A DNA stretch of 64,000 nt from Candidatus Nomurabacteria bacterium (GTDB lineage Bacteria; Patescibacteriota; Minisyncoccia; Phycocordibacterales; UBA9973), in contig JAHFNS010000001.1 of assembly GCA_023267215.1 (NCBI GenBank), positions 98,736-162,735 of the forward strand, given 5' to 3'. The notes below the pieces were generated by a model that was not told the DNA's origin, made no database searches, and worked only from the letters and a program-made list of their open reading frames with translations. Shown piece by piece: positions 28,047 to 37,472 of this stretch (position 1 is its first letter; every line of letters starts with the position of its first letter). A program made the translations under genes and the position numbers.

Positions 28047-28769
28047 TTAAATTTCTATTATTACCGAAATTGGTAAATGGTCAGAGGCTCTTGTTTTATA
28101 AACTTCAAAAGAACTCACCTTCATATCTTTACTCGTAAATATATAATCTAATTTATGTTTAACCTCTTCAATAAGACAAACTGTACATCCGTTTTTATAA
28201 ACTGACCATGTGGGAGTATCGGAATTTATCTCAGTATCTTTTAATTCTTGTTTCATTTTTTGAACTGGGAAACTTTCAGGCAATGCATTAAAATCACCGA
28301 GCACTATAGTATTTGTTTTTGGTAAAAGTTTTAGTAAATTTTCTGTTTGTAGATTTTGTAATTCCAATGGTTTTTGATGAGAGTGCCTCAAATGAATACT
28401 AAAAACATTTAAAATATTCTCCCCTATCTTAATATTTGCTTCTACGGCAGATTTTTTACTTTCTTCTGTCAATTGATGTATTTTGCTGTTTACAATTTTG
28501 TATTTACTTAAAATTGCATTACCAAATTTTATTGATTTCTTGTCAGCTGTTTCCTCTCTAGATAAATATTTTAATGGCATATTTAAATTAGCTTCATAGA
28601 CATATTCATAACCTAATTCTTTTGCAATAATTTCTCCAATATTGCCATTTTCATCTTCTACTACTTCTTGAAGAGCAATAATATCTGCATCAGCATTTTT
28701 TAAAAACTCAATTACCTCATCTAAATAAGTTCCACACCATATATTCCAAGATAATATTTTTAATTTCAT
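28047..28769 (-). CDS. Endonuclease/exonuclease/phosphatase family protein
   Basis: SWNI, DIIALQE, GDFN, LDYIF, SDH. Confidence 0.93.
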   Translation of the reverse strand: MKLKILSWNIWCGTYLDEVIEFLKNADADIIALQEVVEDENGNIGEIIAKELGYEYVYEANLNMPLKYLSREETADKKSIKFGNAILSKYKIVNSKIHQLTEESKKSAVEANIKIGENILNVFSIHLRHSHQKPLELQNLQTENLLKLLPKTNTIVLGDFNALPESFPVQKMKQELKDTEINSDTPTWSVYKNGCTVCLIEEVKHKLDYIFTSKDMKVSSFEVYKTRASDHLPISVIIEI

Positions 28770-28790
28770 AATTTTATTGTCCCCAATCCA

Positions 28791-29321
28791 CTAATTAGTT
28801 TTAATTCTTACTTTTTCTGTCATTGCTTTTGTGCTTATATAAGCGAGAGCATCAATATCTGGGTCAGATAATTCAATCATATCTAGATCAGGACGATTAA
28901 ATATTTTTGCACTATTAATTTGAGAATCATTCTGTAATGATTTTTTAAGTTCAACATATTTTTCATCTTGTAATACAAAATCAACATCTCCCACTTGTGC
29001 CCTATATTGATCTGGTCGGCGAATATAAAGATAAGTATATACAGTTTTTGGAACATCATTTTGAGCAGGAATAACAATCGGCTTATGTAAAAGAAAATAT
29101 TTTTGATTCCAATTATCAGATTTTTCAGTTAATTCTTCCCGTAATTTTATCAGAAGTTTATATTCATTGTCATAATGACAGAATATCCCCATATTCCCTG
29201 CTACAGGAAGATATTTATCAAAAGCTTTTTTACACAATTCAAAACAAGCAAAATGTGTATGTTTTATAGCCTCCGTCAATTGCTCTTCGTTTTCTATTGG
29301 ACTAAATCTATATAATTTCAT
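28791..29321 (-). CDS. Hypothetical protein
   Basis: 176-aa ORF in an operon-like run; GNMGIFCH, YLYIRRPD, VGDVDF. Confidence 0.7.
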   Translation of the reverse strand: MKLYRFSPIENEEQLTEAIKHTHFACFELCKKAFDKYLPVAGNMGIFCHYDNEYKLLIKLREELTEKSDNWNQKYFLLHKPIVIPAQNDVPKTVYTYLYIRRPDQYRAQVGDVDFVLQDEKYVELKKSLQNDSQINSAKIFNRPDLDMIELSDPDIDALAYISTKAMTEKVRIKTN

Positions 29322-29328
29322 AAATTTA

Positions 29329-29691
29329 TTATTTTAATTCCACTAAATGCAAATGGAAATGATTTGGTATAGAAGCCATTTTTTGGTTAGCTTCCATTAT
29401 ATAATGGTAATTTGTATTTCTAATATAATTTTCTTTTATCTTTTTATATTCAGCTATTTCCCTTTCATTTAGTTTATTCTCACTAATGTGTCTTCTTGGC
29501 AAGAGCATGTCGTGCCTATTTGCTATCTTATCATAAGGAAAAATATTTTTAACAATTCTCCAATATTTAAAAGACTTCACAGAAACCCGTTCGTCGCATA
29601 ATGGGCATAAAGTTTTTTTATGACTTTTTAAACCTTTCAAGTATTTCCTATATATTTTCGCACTTTTTTGTGTTCTTAATGTTTTTAACAT
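29329..29691 (-). CDS. HIT-like protein
   Basis: CPLC, NIFPY, C-terminal HFHLH triad. Confidence 0.75.
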   Translation of the reverse strand: MLKTLRTQKSAKIYRKYLKGLKSHKKTLCPLCDERVSVKSFKYWRIVKNIFPYDKIANRHDMLLPRRHISENKLNEREIAEYKKIKENYIRNTNYHYIMEANQKMASIPNHFHLHLVELK

Positions 29692-29699
29692 AAAAATAA

Positions 29700-30626
29700 T
29701 TATTTTTCTAACTCTTCTTTTAATAAAGGCGAGATTTGTTTTCTCATAATTATACCTTCTTTTTGAGCTAAATTATCTTCAAAACTAACATTTAAAATTT
29801 TTTTAACTAAATCTTTTGTATTTTTGTCATCACTTATAAGGTAAGTCTTTTCTTTTTCTAAATCAATAGCACTCAAAAAAATAAAATCTAAACTTTCTTC
29901 ATCCTTTACTTTATTTATTATTTCTATAATCTCATCAATCCTTTCTCTCATTAATTTTTCTACTCCAATCATTTCGATCTGAGCGATACCGAATTTTTTA
30001 TTAGCAATATTATATAAAGCTAAGTCTCCTGTAATTCTGTTAATAAGCTTTTCACCTGATAAGTCTGATTTTGCTTCAAAAAGTTCCTTCCAAAAATTAT
30101 CAGGTAATTTTGCAATTTTATTAAGATACTCTGCTATTTTTTTATCTCTATCTGTCGTAACACCTCCTTTGAAGTTAGAAGTATTAGATATTACTGCAGT
30201 TAAAAGTAGAATTGCTGATTTTTGAGATATCTCTATTTTTTTTTCCATAAATTTTTCAGCGATTAAAGTAGCAACTGAATCAACTAGTTCAATCTGAACT
30301 TTTGCATTTGGAAATTTATCAGCTTCATGAATTTTTCTATGGTCTATAATCTCAACAACCTTTTCTAGTTCAATATTTCCTTCAACTCCATTCAAATCAG
30401 AAGTATCGATAAGTACAACTTCATCAAAATCTTTGGAATTTAAAATAACTGCGGGATATTCAAAATTAAAACGATCTAAAACATACTTGGCTTCATCGTG
30501 AAGTTCTCCCATTACACCAATAATATTATTCCTCCCAGTTTTTTCTAAAAACTCCGAATAAGCAAAAATTCCAGCCACACCGTCTATATCAGGATTTACA
30601 TATGATGTTACTAGTAATTTTGACAT
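29700..30626 (-). CDS. ppaC: Mn-dependent (family II, DHH) inorganic pyrophosphatase
   Basis: NPDID, IIDHR, DHHA2 domain ending RKQ. Confidence 0.8.
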   Translation of the reverse strand: MSKLLVTSYVNPDIDGVAGIFAYSEFLEKTGRNNIIGVMGELHDEAKYVLDRFNFEYPAVILNSKDFDEVVLIDTSDLNGVEGNIELEKVVEIIDHRKIHEADKFPNAKVQIELVDSVATLIAEKFMEKKIEISQKSAILLLTAVISNTSNFKGGVTTDRDKKIAEYLNKIAKLPDNFWKELFEAKSDLSGEKLINRITGDLALYNIANKKFGIAQIEMIGVEKLMRERIDEIIEIINKVKDEESLDFIFLSAIDLEKEKTYLISDDKNTKDLVKKILNVSFEDNLAQKEGIIMRKQISPLLKEELEK

Positions 30627-30630
30627 ATAT

Positions 30631-30978
30631 TTATCTATATACTTTAGACTTATGATATTTTTCTTGAAAATAGGTTAATTTTTCTATTTCAGATATATTA
30701 TAATCTTTTCCATCAGTAACTATCAATTTTATTTCTCCATCCTCGCCTCTTTTTATTCCAGCAATAACTACTCCTTCAAACTCTTTTAATGACTCAGTCG
30801 GACCTAAAACATAAGCATCTATCTCTTCATTATCTGCTTCTGAAAGAGTGTCTGGTATAAAACCATAATTAACAGGATAAATAGTTTCAAATCTAGGGTC
30901 TGGATGTTTTGTCCCTAAAGGCCTATCCATCACAACTTTCACCTTTTTGCCTAACCAAATTTTTATTTCTTCTGGCAT
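30631..30978 (-). CDS. Short family I inorganic pyrophosphatase
   Basis: DRPLG, YPVNYGFIPDT..DNEEIDAYVLG. Confidence 0.8.
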   Translation of the reverse strand: MPEEIKIWLGKKVKVVMDRPLGTKHPDPRFETIYPVNYGFIPDTLSEADNEEIDAYVLGPTESLKEFEGVVIAGIKRGEDGEIKLIVTDGKDYNISEIEKLTYFQEKYHKSKVYR

Positions 30979-30991
30979 AAAATTGTTATGC

Positions 30992-31429
30992 TTATTTTTC
31001 TTTTTTTATAATATCCTTTTTGCCATCTGAATAACCCTCAATGACTTCAATTTCTTCAGGATTAGAAAAATATTCAATAGTATTAGCTAAAGCAGCTTTC
31101 TTAAATAATTCATTTGAATAAACAGCAGGTATCCCCTCTGAACAAGAAAGAGTTATATGAGAGTACTCATTTTTTGATTTTAGGTTTTCAACCAAGAGAG
31201 CATCTCCTTTTTCATCATATGCACGTCCAATAATTTTCATTATAGTTTCTTTTCCTATTTCTATTCCATCCAAATTATCAGGTTTAAATGCAATAGTTGA
31301 ATGATGCCCAAAAACTTTTTTATGTTTAGGTGGAAATTTCTTTAATAAATTTTGTACATCTTTTACAAATTCAGCTGTGTACATTATAAATATCTTCTCT
31401 TTATTTTCTAAATTACTTTGTTCAATCAT
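30992..31429 (-). CDS. 2H phosphoesterase-like protein
   Basis: Two HxT motifs (HST, HIT). Confidence 0.65.
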   Translation of the reverse strand: MIEQSNLENKEKIFIMYTAEFVKDVQNLLKKFPPKHKKVFGHHSTIAFKPDNLDGIEIGKETIMKIIGRAYDEKGDALLVENLKSKNEYSHITLSCSEGIPAVYSNELFKKAALANTIEYFSNPEEIEVIEGYSDGKKDIIKKEK

Positions 31430-31448
31430 AACTTTATTATACCAAAAC

Positions 31449-31745
31449 CTAAATTAAAAAAAGTAAAATTACAAAAAGGACTACAAAACAAGCGAAAAAA
31501 CCTACGACTTTAGCAAAGAAAAGCATAGCTTCTTGTTTTTTATTTTCTATTAGTAACTGTAATGGTCGAGCTAAAAACAAGAACCCCATAACTGCAGCTG
31601 ATAATACAAAAAGACTCAACATTGTCATTGGAATTATGATGGTATCTTCTTGGTTTTTTATAAAAGAAATTACCGTGCTCATAGATAAAACTAAAAGGAC
31701 AATATATAAAGCAGCCTCTACTGCACATAAAAATGGTTTTTTCAT
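31449..31745 (-). CDS. Small three-TM hypothetical protein
   Basis: Three hydrophobic helices; TGaTATAAT upstream. Confidence 0.75.
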   Translation of the reverse strand: MKKPFLCAVEAALYIVLLVLSMSTVISFIKNQEDTIIIPMTMLSLFVLSAAVMGFLFLARPLQLLIENKKQEAMLFFAKVVGFFACFVVLFVILLFLI

Positions 31746-31881
31746 ATACTTAGATTATATCAAATTTAAATTAAAAAGTATTAGCTGCTGGGAGGCTCGG
31801 GCTGGGACCCCTTGATTCCTTACCTCATAATGTTATTTTTAACTCTTTTATTATATCAAAACGACGTATCTCGAGCACTAA

Positions 31882-32550
31882 TTATAAATCACTTTTTCCA
31901 ATATTACATACTGAGCAAAGTGTCTGTAAATTTTCTAAAACAGTTTCTCCACCTTTCGCCCATGCCTTTATGTGGTCAACATGCAGAATAATACTTGGGT
32001 CAGTTGCAGGTGACCTCCCACAATTTTTACATTTAAAATTGTCTTGTCTCATAACAACAAAGCGGAGTCTCCAATTTATTGTTCTTGATGTTTTATGTTT
32101 TGTGCTTGGCTCAATTCTAAATTTTTTTACTGCTTCTTCAGAAGAGACATCTTCTTCTTTGTTCATATATGTAACAAATTTCTCTAATGCTTTATGCCAA
32201 CCACCAAAACGTCTTGCGTAGGTATCAACACTGTATTTTGAAAATGGTTTCAGAATATCCCCATATTTAGGTTGTTTGCCAAGTTTTATCCAAATTTCTT
32301 CTAGATTCTTAAACAACTCTTCTTCTGGGAGATTCATTGGTGTTCTATTATCTTTAAGATTGGCTTTTTCTAACGCAGTATGCCAACTTCCAAAACGACG
32401 AATATAAGTTGTACTATGAAATTTCCCTTTTTTATCTTGTTCATCACGAGTAATTGAAGGTTTATTCAACATTAAAGCAAGTCCCCTTAAATCAGCGACC
32501 AGTTCTTCGTCTGTAACACCACGATGATAATCTTCGAGTTCAAATTTCAT
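31882..32550 (-). CDS. HNH endonuclease with two N-terminal homing-endonuclease-associated repeats
   Basis: Two YxRRFGxWHxALEK repeats; CKNC..LHVDHI..GG..NLQTLCSVCN; ATG at 32550 lies 6 nt after TGgTATAAT. Confidence 0.88.
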   Translation of the reverse strand: MKFELEDYHRGVTDEELVADLRGLALMLNKPSITRDEQDKKGKFHSTTYIRRFGSWHTALEKANLKDNRTPMNLPEEELFKNLEEIWIKLGKQPKYGDILKPFSKYSVDTYARRFGGWHKALEKFVTYMNKEEDVSSEEAVKKFRIEPSTKHKTSRTINWRLRFVVMRQDNFKCKNCGRSPATDPSIILHVDHIKAWAKGGETVLENLQTLCSVCNIGKSDL

Positions 32551-32584
32551 AATTTTATTATACCAAAATAACGTCTTTCTAGTG

Positions 32585-33154
32585 TTATTGTTCAGCAATC
32601 TCTTCAATAGATTCTCTGGTAATTCTAATTTTTTTTCCAGTCGGAAGAGTGATAACCGATTCAATTTTTAGAATTAATTCTAAAGGTTCTAATTGGTTAT
32701 CTTCTACTCGAATTTCTCCTGTTTTCTCATCAAGCACAACATGAGCTTTTTCAGAATTTCCATCTCGTTTGCCAATTATTAAATGCATATCGCCAACTTC
32801 TTTGGAGCGCGATTCAATAAATAGTCCCTCGGCGTCCAATCGATTTTTAAAAGTTTTGGTTGAGCTCTTTATATGATTCAAGATTTCATCTATAAAAATT
32901 CTCCAAATCTCAAGCCTTGTGTGTGCAGTCATTACATTATGAAAACCTGGTTTAAGTTGTGTTCTCAATCCACTGTTTAACTTTTTAAACTTTAGTTGTA
33001 AAATTTCATCATCTAAATTTTTTACAATATCAGTAAGCTCAGACCTAATTTTAGATTCAACGCTTTCTAATCTTTCTCTCTCTAAAAGATCTTGACCGCC
33101 CAATAAATAGCATCTATCTATTTCTTGTAATAATAATTTTAAAATATGTTCCAT
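32585..33154 (-). CDS. Hypothetical protein
   Basis: 189-aa ORF in the islet; no family recognised. Confidence 0.7.
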   Translation of the reverse strand: MEHILKLLLQEIDRCYLLGGQDLLERERLESVESKIRSELTDIVKNLDDEILQLKFKKLNSGLRTQLKPGFHNVMTAHTRLEIWRIFIDEILNHIKSSTKTFKNRLDAEGLFIESRSKEVGDMHLIIGKRDGNSEKAHVVLDEKTGEIRVEDNQLEPLELILKIESVITLPTGKKIRITRESIEEIAEQ

Positions 33155-33188
33155 ATATTTGACGCATCTCGAGCAATGATAAAATCAA

Positions 33189-33476
33189 TTAACCTTTTAC
33201 AAAAGTTATAATGACAAGTGCTATTGTAGCCAATGCAAGTATGCCTGTAGCAATAGCTAAAATCCAGGTAGCACGAACAAGTGCATCGGTGTGTTTGTCT
33301 GAAGAACTTGATGCTTTCTCAATCGCGTCTTTTGCGTAACTCAAAGCCGTCGATGTTTTTGAGCCTGAATTAAATATAGCAACTGTTAGTTTATGGATTG
33401 CACGATTTATGCCTGTACCAACAGTACCTCCATTTTGATTTATATCGTCCCAGCCATCTAATTCAAAATTTCCCAT
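33189..33476 (-). CDS. Hypothetical protein with C-terminal TM helix
   Basis: 95-aa ORF with hydrophobic C-terminus. Confidence 0.7.
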   Translation of the reverse strand: MGNFELDGWDDINQNGGTVGTGINRAIHKLTVAIFNSGSKTSTALSYAKDAIEKASSSSDKHTDALVRATWILAIATGILALATIALVIITFVKG

Positions 33477-33553
33477 ATGTTTAAAAAATATTTGTAAACA
33501 AGCTTACAACTTGCAGATGAGAAGGAACTCGAGCGCGCGAACCTAGCTCAAAC

Positions 33554-33627
33554 TGGCTGGGAGGCTTGGAATCGAACCAAAATTGATCGCTTCAAAGGCG
33601 ACTGTCCTACCGTTAGACGACCTCCCA
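33554..33627 (-). tRNA. tRNA-Gln(TTG), CCA encoded
   Basis: TGGGAGG/CCTCCCA acceptor stem, GTCGC-CTTTGAA-GCGAT anticodon arm, GGTTCGATTCC, GCCA end. Confidence 0.95.
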
Positions 33628-33630
33628 AAA

Positions 33631-34326
33631 TTATTTTTTTATTATATTTTCAAAAATACCTTCTGACCAACCTGCTATTTTTCTTACCAAACTTGAACTT
33701 TCCCTAACCTTTATTTTTAATACTCCATGATACTTTTCATTGGTATTTTTGCGATTGGTCGTCAATTTATTTCTTTTCCAATAAACAGCAGAAAAGTTAT
33801 TGATAGGAAAACCTGTTACTTTTGACCAATATTTCCTTACTTCTTCAACTCTATCTTTATGGGTTTGATGAAGAAATATATTAAAGATTAGCATATTTTT
33901 ATTGATTTTGCACACCCTAATAAGCCAAATTAAAAAGACCTGTATCATTTTGGGATCCATGTTAGAAAATTGAAGTTGAGATCCTGGGTAGTATTCTTTT
34001 TCCTTTGCACCTTCTGCCCAATACATAATAACTCCTATTAAAAATAATTCTTTACTAGTAATAGTATTAATTTCTAAATTGGCTTGCGTGAAAATTTTAT
34101 TTTGTTTTTCTATTCTTTGTTTTCTTTTCGCATCACCACCTCTCTGAGAAGCGGCTAATCTTTCTTTCGTAATTCTTTGTTTTTGTTTTTTACCTAGTTT
34201 TACAGATTGTAACCAAATAGCCAAAGTTGATTTTGCAATAGGGACAATAGACAAAATTTCAGAATAAGTCTTCCCTTCTTTGCGTAATTTTATAACTAAT
34301 TCTTTTTCTTTTGTTTTTTCTATCAT
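33631..34326 (-). CDS. HTH plus LAGLIDADG-like domain hypothetical protein
   Basis: LRKEGKTYSEI..KSTLAIW HTH; GVIMYWAEG..LQFSNMD resembles a LAGLIDADG helix. Confidence 0.7.
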   Translation of the reverse strand: MIEKTKEKELVIKLRKEGKTYSEILSIVPIAKSTLAIWLQSVKLGKKQKQRITKERLAASQRGGDAKRKQRIEKQNKIFTQANLEINTITSKELFLIGVIMYWAEGAKEKEYYPGSQLQFSNMDPKMIQVFLIWLIRVCKINKNMLIFNIFLHQTHKDRVEEVRKYWSKVTGFPINNFSAVYWKRNKLTTNRKNTNEKYHGVLKIKVRESSSLVRKIAGWSEGIFENIIKK

Positions 34327-34373
34327 AGGTAGGATACAAGTATTATAACACCTTACCTATGTTTAAATCAATT

Positions 34374-34532
34374 TTATCTTTTTACTTTTTTAGATTTAAC
34401 AACACCATTTTTGAACCAAAAACCAACAGTACTTTTACCTATTTTTAATTTATCTGCTATCTGACAAAAACTAAAACCTTTTTTTCTAAGCATTGCTGCT
34501 TTTTCTTTAATTTTTAAACTATGTGAAATCAT
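34374..34532 (-). CDS. 52-aa HTH-only protein similar to the N-terminus of the neighbouring gene
   Basis: LRKKGFSFCQIADKLKIGKSTVGFW. Confidence 0.65.
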   Translation of the reverse strand: MISHSLKIKEKAAMLRKKGFSFCQIADKLKIGKSTVGFWFKNGVVKSKKVKR

Positions 34533-34558
34533 ATATATTAACAATATACTTTTATATT

Positions 34559-35350
34559 TTAATAATGTGAAGTAATGTAAATAGAAGTACAAGCATTAAT
34601 ATTATTATTTTGACATAAAGTAATCGTACTAGAACCAGCAGAAAGAGCTGTGATTATAGCTGATGTATTGTTATTGTTGTAGTAATTATTATTTATTGAA
34701 GTAGAACATAATTGCCCTGTGATAGAACTATATAATGTATTTGTAGTACATCCTGGAATATATGAAGAATATCCTAAATTGTTCGTTCCACTACATAATT
34801 GTCCAGTAGTAATACTATACAAATAACCTGAAGCGCAACCTGGAATAGTAGAATTGGAAGAAGTATATGATACAGAAGCAACACTTGGATTGGTATTTCC
34901 TGATACATATAATCCAGTTGAAGTAGCAGATGAAATAGTTGCTGAGTTTCCAACAGAAAGAGAAAGGCCAGATAAATTAAAACCAGAAGTATTGGTAGAG
35001 TTGATACCTACACCTGTCACATAAACATAAATAGTACCACAAGAACTCGCATCATTGGTCTGGCAAACAGTTATTGTGTCATTACCACTAGTGTTACCGT
35101 AAATCGAAATAGTATTACCACTTACATATGCTGTGGCTATGCTTTGATTATAATTACTAGAAATATAATAACTCATATAGTTATAGTTGTAACTATAACT
35201 ACTGTTATATATAGTGACAGTAGACGTCTGTCCGACAGTAAGAGAAAGACTTGTCTGACTCATGGAAAGTGTAGAAGCATATACACTATTACTAAAAGCT
35301 AAAAAAGCACTAAACACAAGACACATTGCGACTAATTTTTTTATTTTCAT
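34559..35350 (-). CDS. Secreted Ser/Thr/Asn-rich protein with Cys-paired repeats
   Basis: Signal peptide; two IPGCxxxxLYSxxTGQLCS repeats; two TITxCQ..C repeats. Confidence 0.8.
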   Translation of the reverse strand: MKIKKLVAMCLVFSAFLAFSNSVYASTLSMSQTSLSLTVGQTSTVTIYNSSYSYNYNYMSYYISSNYNQSIATAYVSGNTISIYGNTSGNDTITVCQTNDASSCGTIYVYVTGVGINSTNTSGFNLSGLSLSVGNSATISSATSTGLYVSGNTNPSVASVSYTSSNSTIPGCASGYLYSITTGQLCSGTNNLGYSSYIPGCTTNTLYSSITGQLCSTSINNNYYNNNNTSAIITALSAGSSTITLCQNNNINACTSIYITSHY

Positions 35351-35398
35351 ATTTATATTAATAAATTAACTGTTAATAATTTCGACTATTATTTATAA

Positions 35399-36442
35399 TT
35401 ACTCTTTTGAAAGAATTTTTATTAAAGCAAGTTCTAATGGAAGTTCTCCTATAAAAGCTCTATCTATGTCATTAAAAGATTCTAATAAAATTGACAATGA
35501 ATGAGAATCAAATTGAGTTTTTATTAAACTTTTTAAAAATTCTAAATCTTCTTCTCCTAAATCCCCTGCCATTTCTTTTTCCAATTTTGGTGCATACCTT
35601 AGAATAACTGCCATACGAAATTTTTCTATGATAAGTTTAAAATAAAGTTTTATATCTAAATTTTCTCCTACCGCTTTTTTGATAGTCGCAATTCCTTTTT
35701 CTAAATCTTTTTCTGCTATAGCAGAGATATAATCATTTACCAAAGTCGTCTTAGGTGCGCCGGTTATCTTTTCTACATCTCTCCTAACTATTTTGCTTAT
35801 CTTTTTTCCTTTTGCATCAACAGAGAAATTTAAAACTTTTTGTAATGTACCTAATGCATCTCGGAAAGAACCATCTCCCAATATTGCTATGAGTTCTGCC
35901 ACACCACTTTCTAATTCATAACCTTCTTTTTTGGCAACATCCAAAACCATATTTTTAGCAATGACATTGGAAGCTTTTCTAAATGTAAAAACCTGACAAC
36001 GAGAAACAATTGTCTCTGGCACTTTGTGCACTTCTGTTGTAGCCAGAATAAAAATAACATGTTTTGGAGGCTCTTCTAAAGTCTTCAATAATGCACCCCA
36101 AGCATCTTTGGAAAGCATATGAACCTCGTCTATTATGTAAACTTTATATTTTGAGTCAAAAGGAAGGACTCTAGCCCCGTCCCGAAGGGCTCTAATGTCC
36201 TCTATACCTCGATTTGAGGCGGCATCTATCTCATAAAGGTCATTCTCTGAGACTCCAATTTCCTTAGCGAAAATACGAGCCACAGAGGTTTTTCCTATGC
36301 CTCTAGAACCCACAAAAAGGTAAGCATGTGAGACTTTATTAGTCTCAACAGAGCTTTCTAAAACCTTCACAATATGGTCTTGCCCAACGACTTCCTTGAA
36401 AGTTTTGGGTCGGTATTTACGATATAAAGCAAGGTCGTGCAT
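35399..36442 (-). CDS. dnaX: DNA polymerase III subunit gamma/tau (short form)
   Basis: LYRKYRP, GSRGIGKTS, EIDAASN, IIDEVHML, SRC. Confidence 0.95.
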   Translation of the reverse strand: MHDLALYRKYRPKTFKEVVGQDHIVKVLESSVETNKVSHAYLFVGSRGIGKTSVARIFAKEIGVSENDLYEIDAASNRGIEDIRALRDGARVLPFDSKYKVYIIDEVHMLSKDAWGALLKTLEEPPKHVIFILATTEVHKVPETIVSRCQVFTFRKASNVIAKNMVLDVAKKEGYELESGVAELIAILGDGSFRDALGTLQKVLNFSVDAKGKKISKIVRRDVEKITGAPKTTLVNDYISAIAEKDLEKGIATIKKAVGENLDIKLYFKLIIEKFRMAVILRYAPKLEKEMAGDLGEEDLEFLKSLIKTQFDSHSLSILLESFNDIDRAFIGELPLELALIKILSKE

Positions 36443-36454
36443 TAACTAACTATA

Positions 36455-37462
36455 TCAAATTTTTTTTAAAAAATCACGAATTATTTTTTCTACTTCTTTA
36501 GAATTTTCTGTCTCCATTAATTTTGCACGTAATTCTTTCGCACCAGGAAAATCATTTACATACGCTTTGAAATGTTTTTTCATGACAGCAAAACTTTTAT
36601 GTTTTGGTATCGCAAGCTCTTTATCAAAAAGTTGAGTGTGTTCCATGAGAACTTCTAGTTTTTCTTCTACCCTCTCCTTTTCAAGGAGAGGGGTTGGGGG
36701 TGAGGTGAATACCCAAGGATTTCCAAAAACTCCCCTACCTATCATTATTCCATCACAACCATACTTTTCTGCTTTCTCTTCCGCATCTTTTAAATCTTTA
36801 ACATCACCATTGCCAATGAGCAAAATATCTTTGCCACTTTTTTTAATAAGCTCTTTTATTTTTTTAATGTAATCCCAATTTGCAGGAACGAGAGATAATT
36901 CTTTTGTTGTTCGTAAATGAATCGTCAAAGCAGAAATATCTTCCTTTAATAATTCTGGTATCCAATTATCAATATCTTCCCTATTGAAACCAACTCTCGT
37001 TTTGACAGACACTGGGATATGAAGCCCTGCAGATTTTATTCCAGCATGAGCAGCCTGTATTATTTTTCTAGCAAGTTGTGGTGTCTTTATCAAACCCGAG
37101 CCAGCACCTTGAGCAACGACAGATTTGTCTGGACAACCCATATTTATATCTATTCCATCAAAACCGAGACTAGCAATATAACTACAAGCTTTTTCCATAT
37201 TCTCCGGGTTAGCACCGAAAACTTGAGCGATGATAGGTCTCTCAGCTTCAGAATATTTTAAAATGTGAGAAAGTTTCTTTTTGGCGAGTTTATTACACAA
37301 GCCATCAGCCGCCACAAACTCTGTCCAGAAAACGACGCTGTTTCTATTTTCTCTGTTCTTACTATATTTCGCCAAGATACGACGAAAAGCAATGTCAGTG
37401 ACATCCGACATCGGTGCAAGGCAGAAAAATGGTTTTTTAAGTTTTCTCCAGAAATTTTGCAT
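36455..37462 (-). CDS. dusB: tRNA-dihydrouridine synthase
   Basis: LAPM, DINMGCP, SVKTR, GNGD, GRG. Confidence 0.88.
   Translation of the reverse strand: MQNFWRKLKKPFFCLAPMSDVTDIAFRRILAKYSKNRENRNSVVFWTEFVAADGLCNKLAKKKLSHILKYSEAERPIIAQVFGANPENMEKACSYIASLGFDGIDINMGCPDKSVVAQGAGSGLIKTPQLARKIIQAAHAGIKSAGLHIPVSVKTRVGFNREDIDNWIPELLKEDISALTIHLRTTKELSLVPANWDYIKKIKELIKKSGKDILLIGNGDVKDLKDAEEKAEKYGCDGIMIGRGVFGNPWVFTSPPTPLLEKERVEEKLEVLMEHTQLFDKELAIPKHKSFAVMKKHFKAYVNDFPGAKELRAKLMETENSKEVEKIIRDFLKKI
36669..36706 (-). repeat. REP-like hairpin family B, in frame inside dus
   Basis: ACCTCACCCCCAACCCCTCTCCTTGAAAAGGAGAGGGT, encodes TSPPTPLLEKERV. Confidence 0.85.
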
Positions 37463-37472
37463 AATTTTAAAA

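Larger units (their letters stand above)
31787..33566. mobile_element. Integrase-less islet at the 3' end of tRNA-Gln
   Basis: GCTGGGAGGCT at 31787-31797 repeats the tRNA 3' end (33556-33566); cargo is an HNH nuclease and two hypotheticals. Confidence 0.55.
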
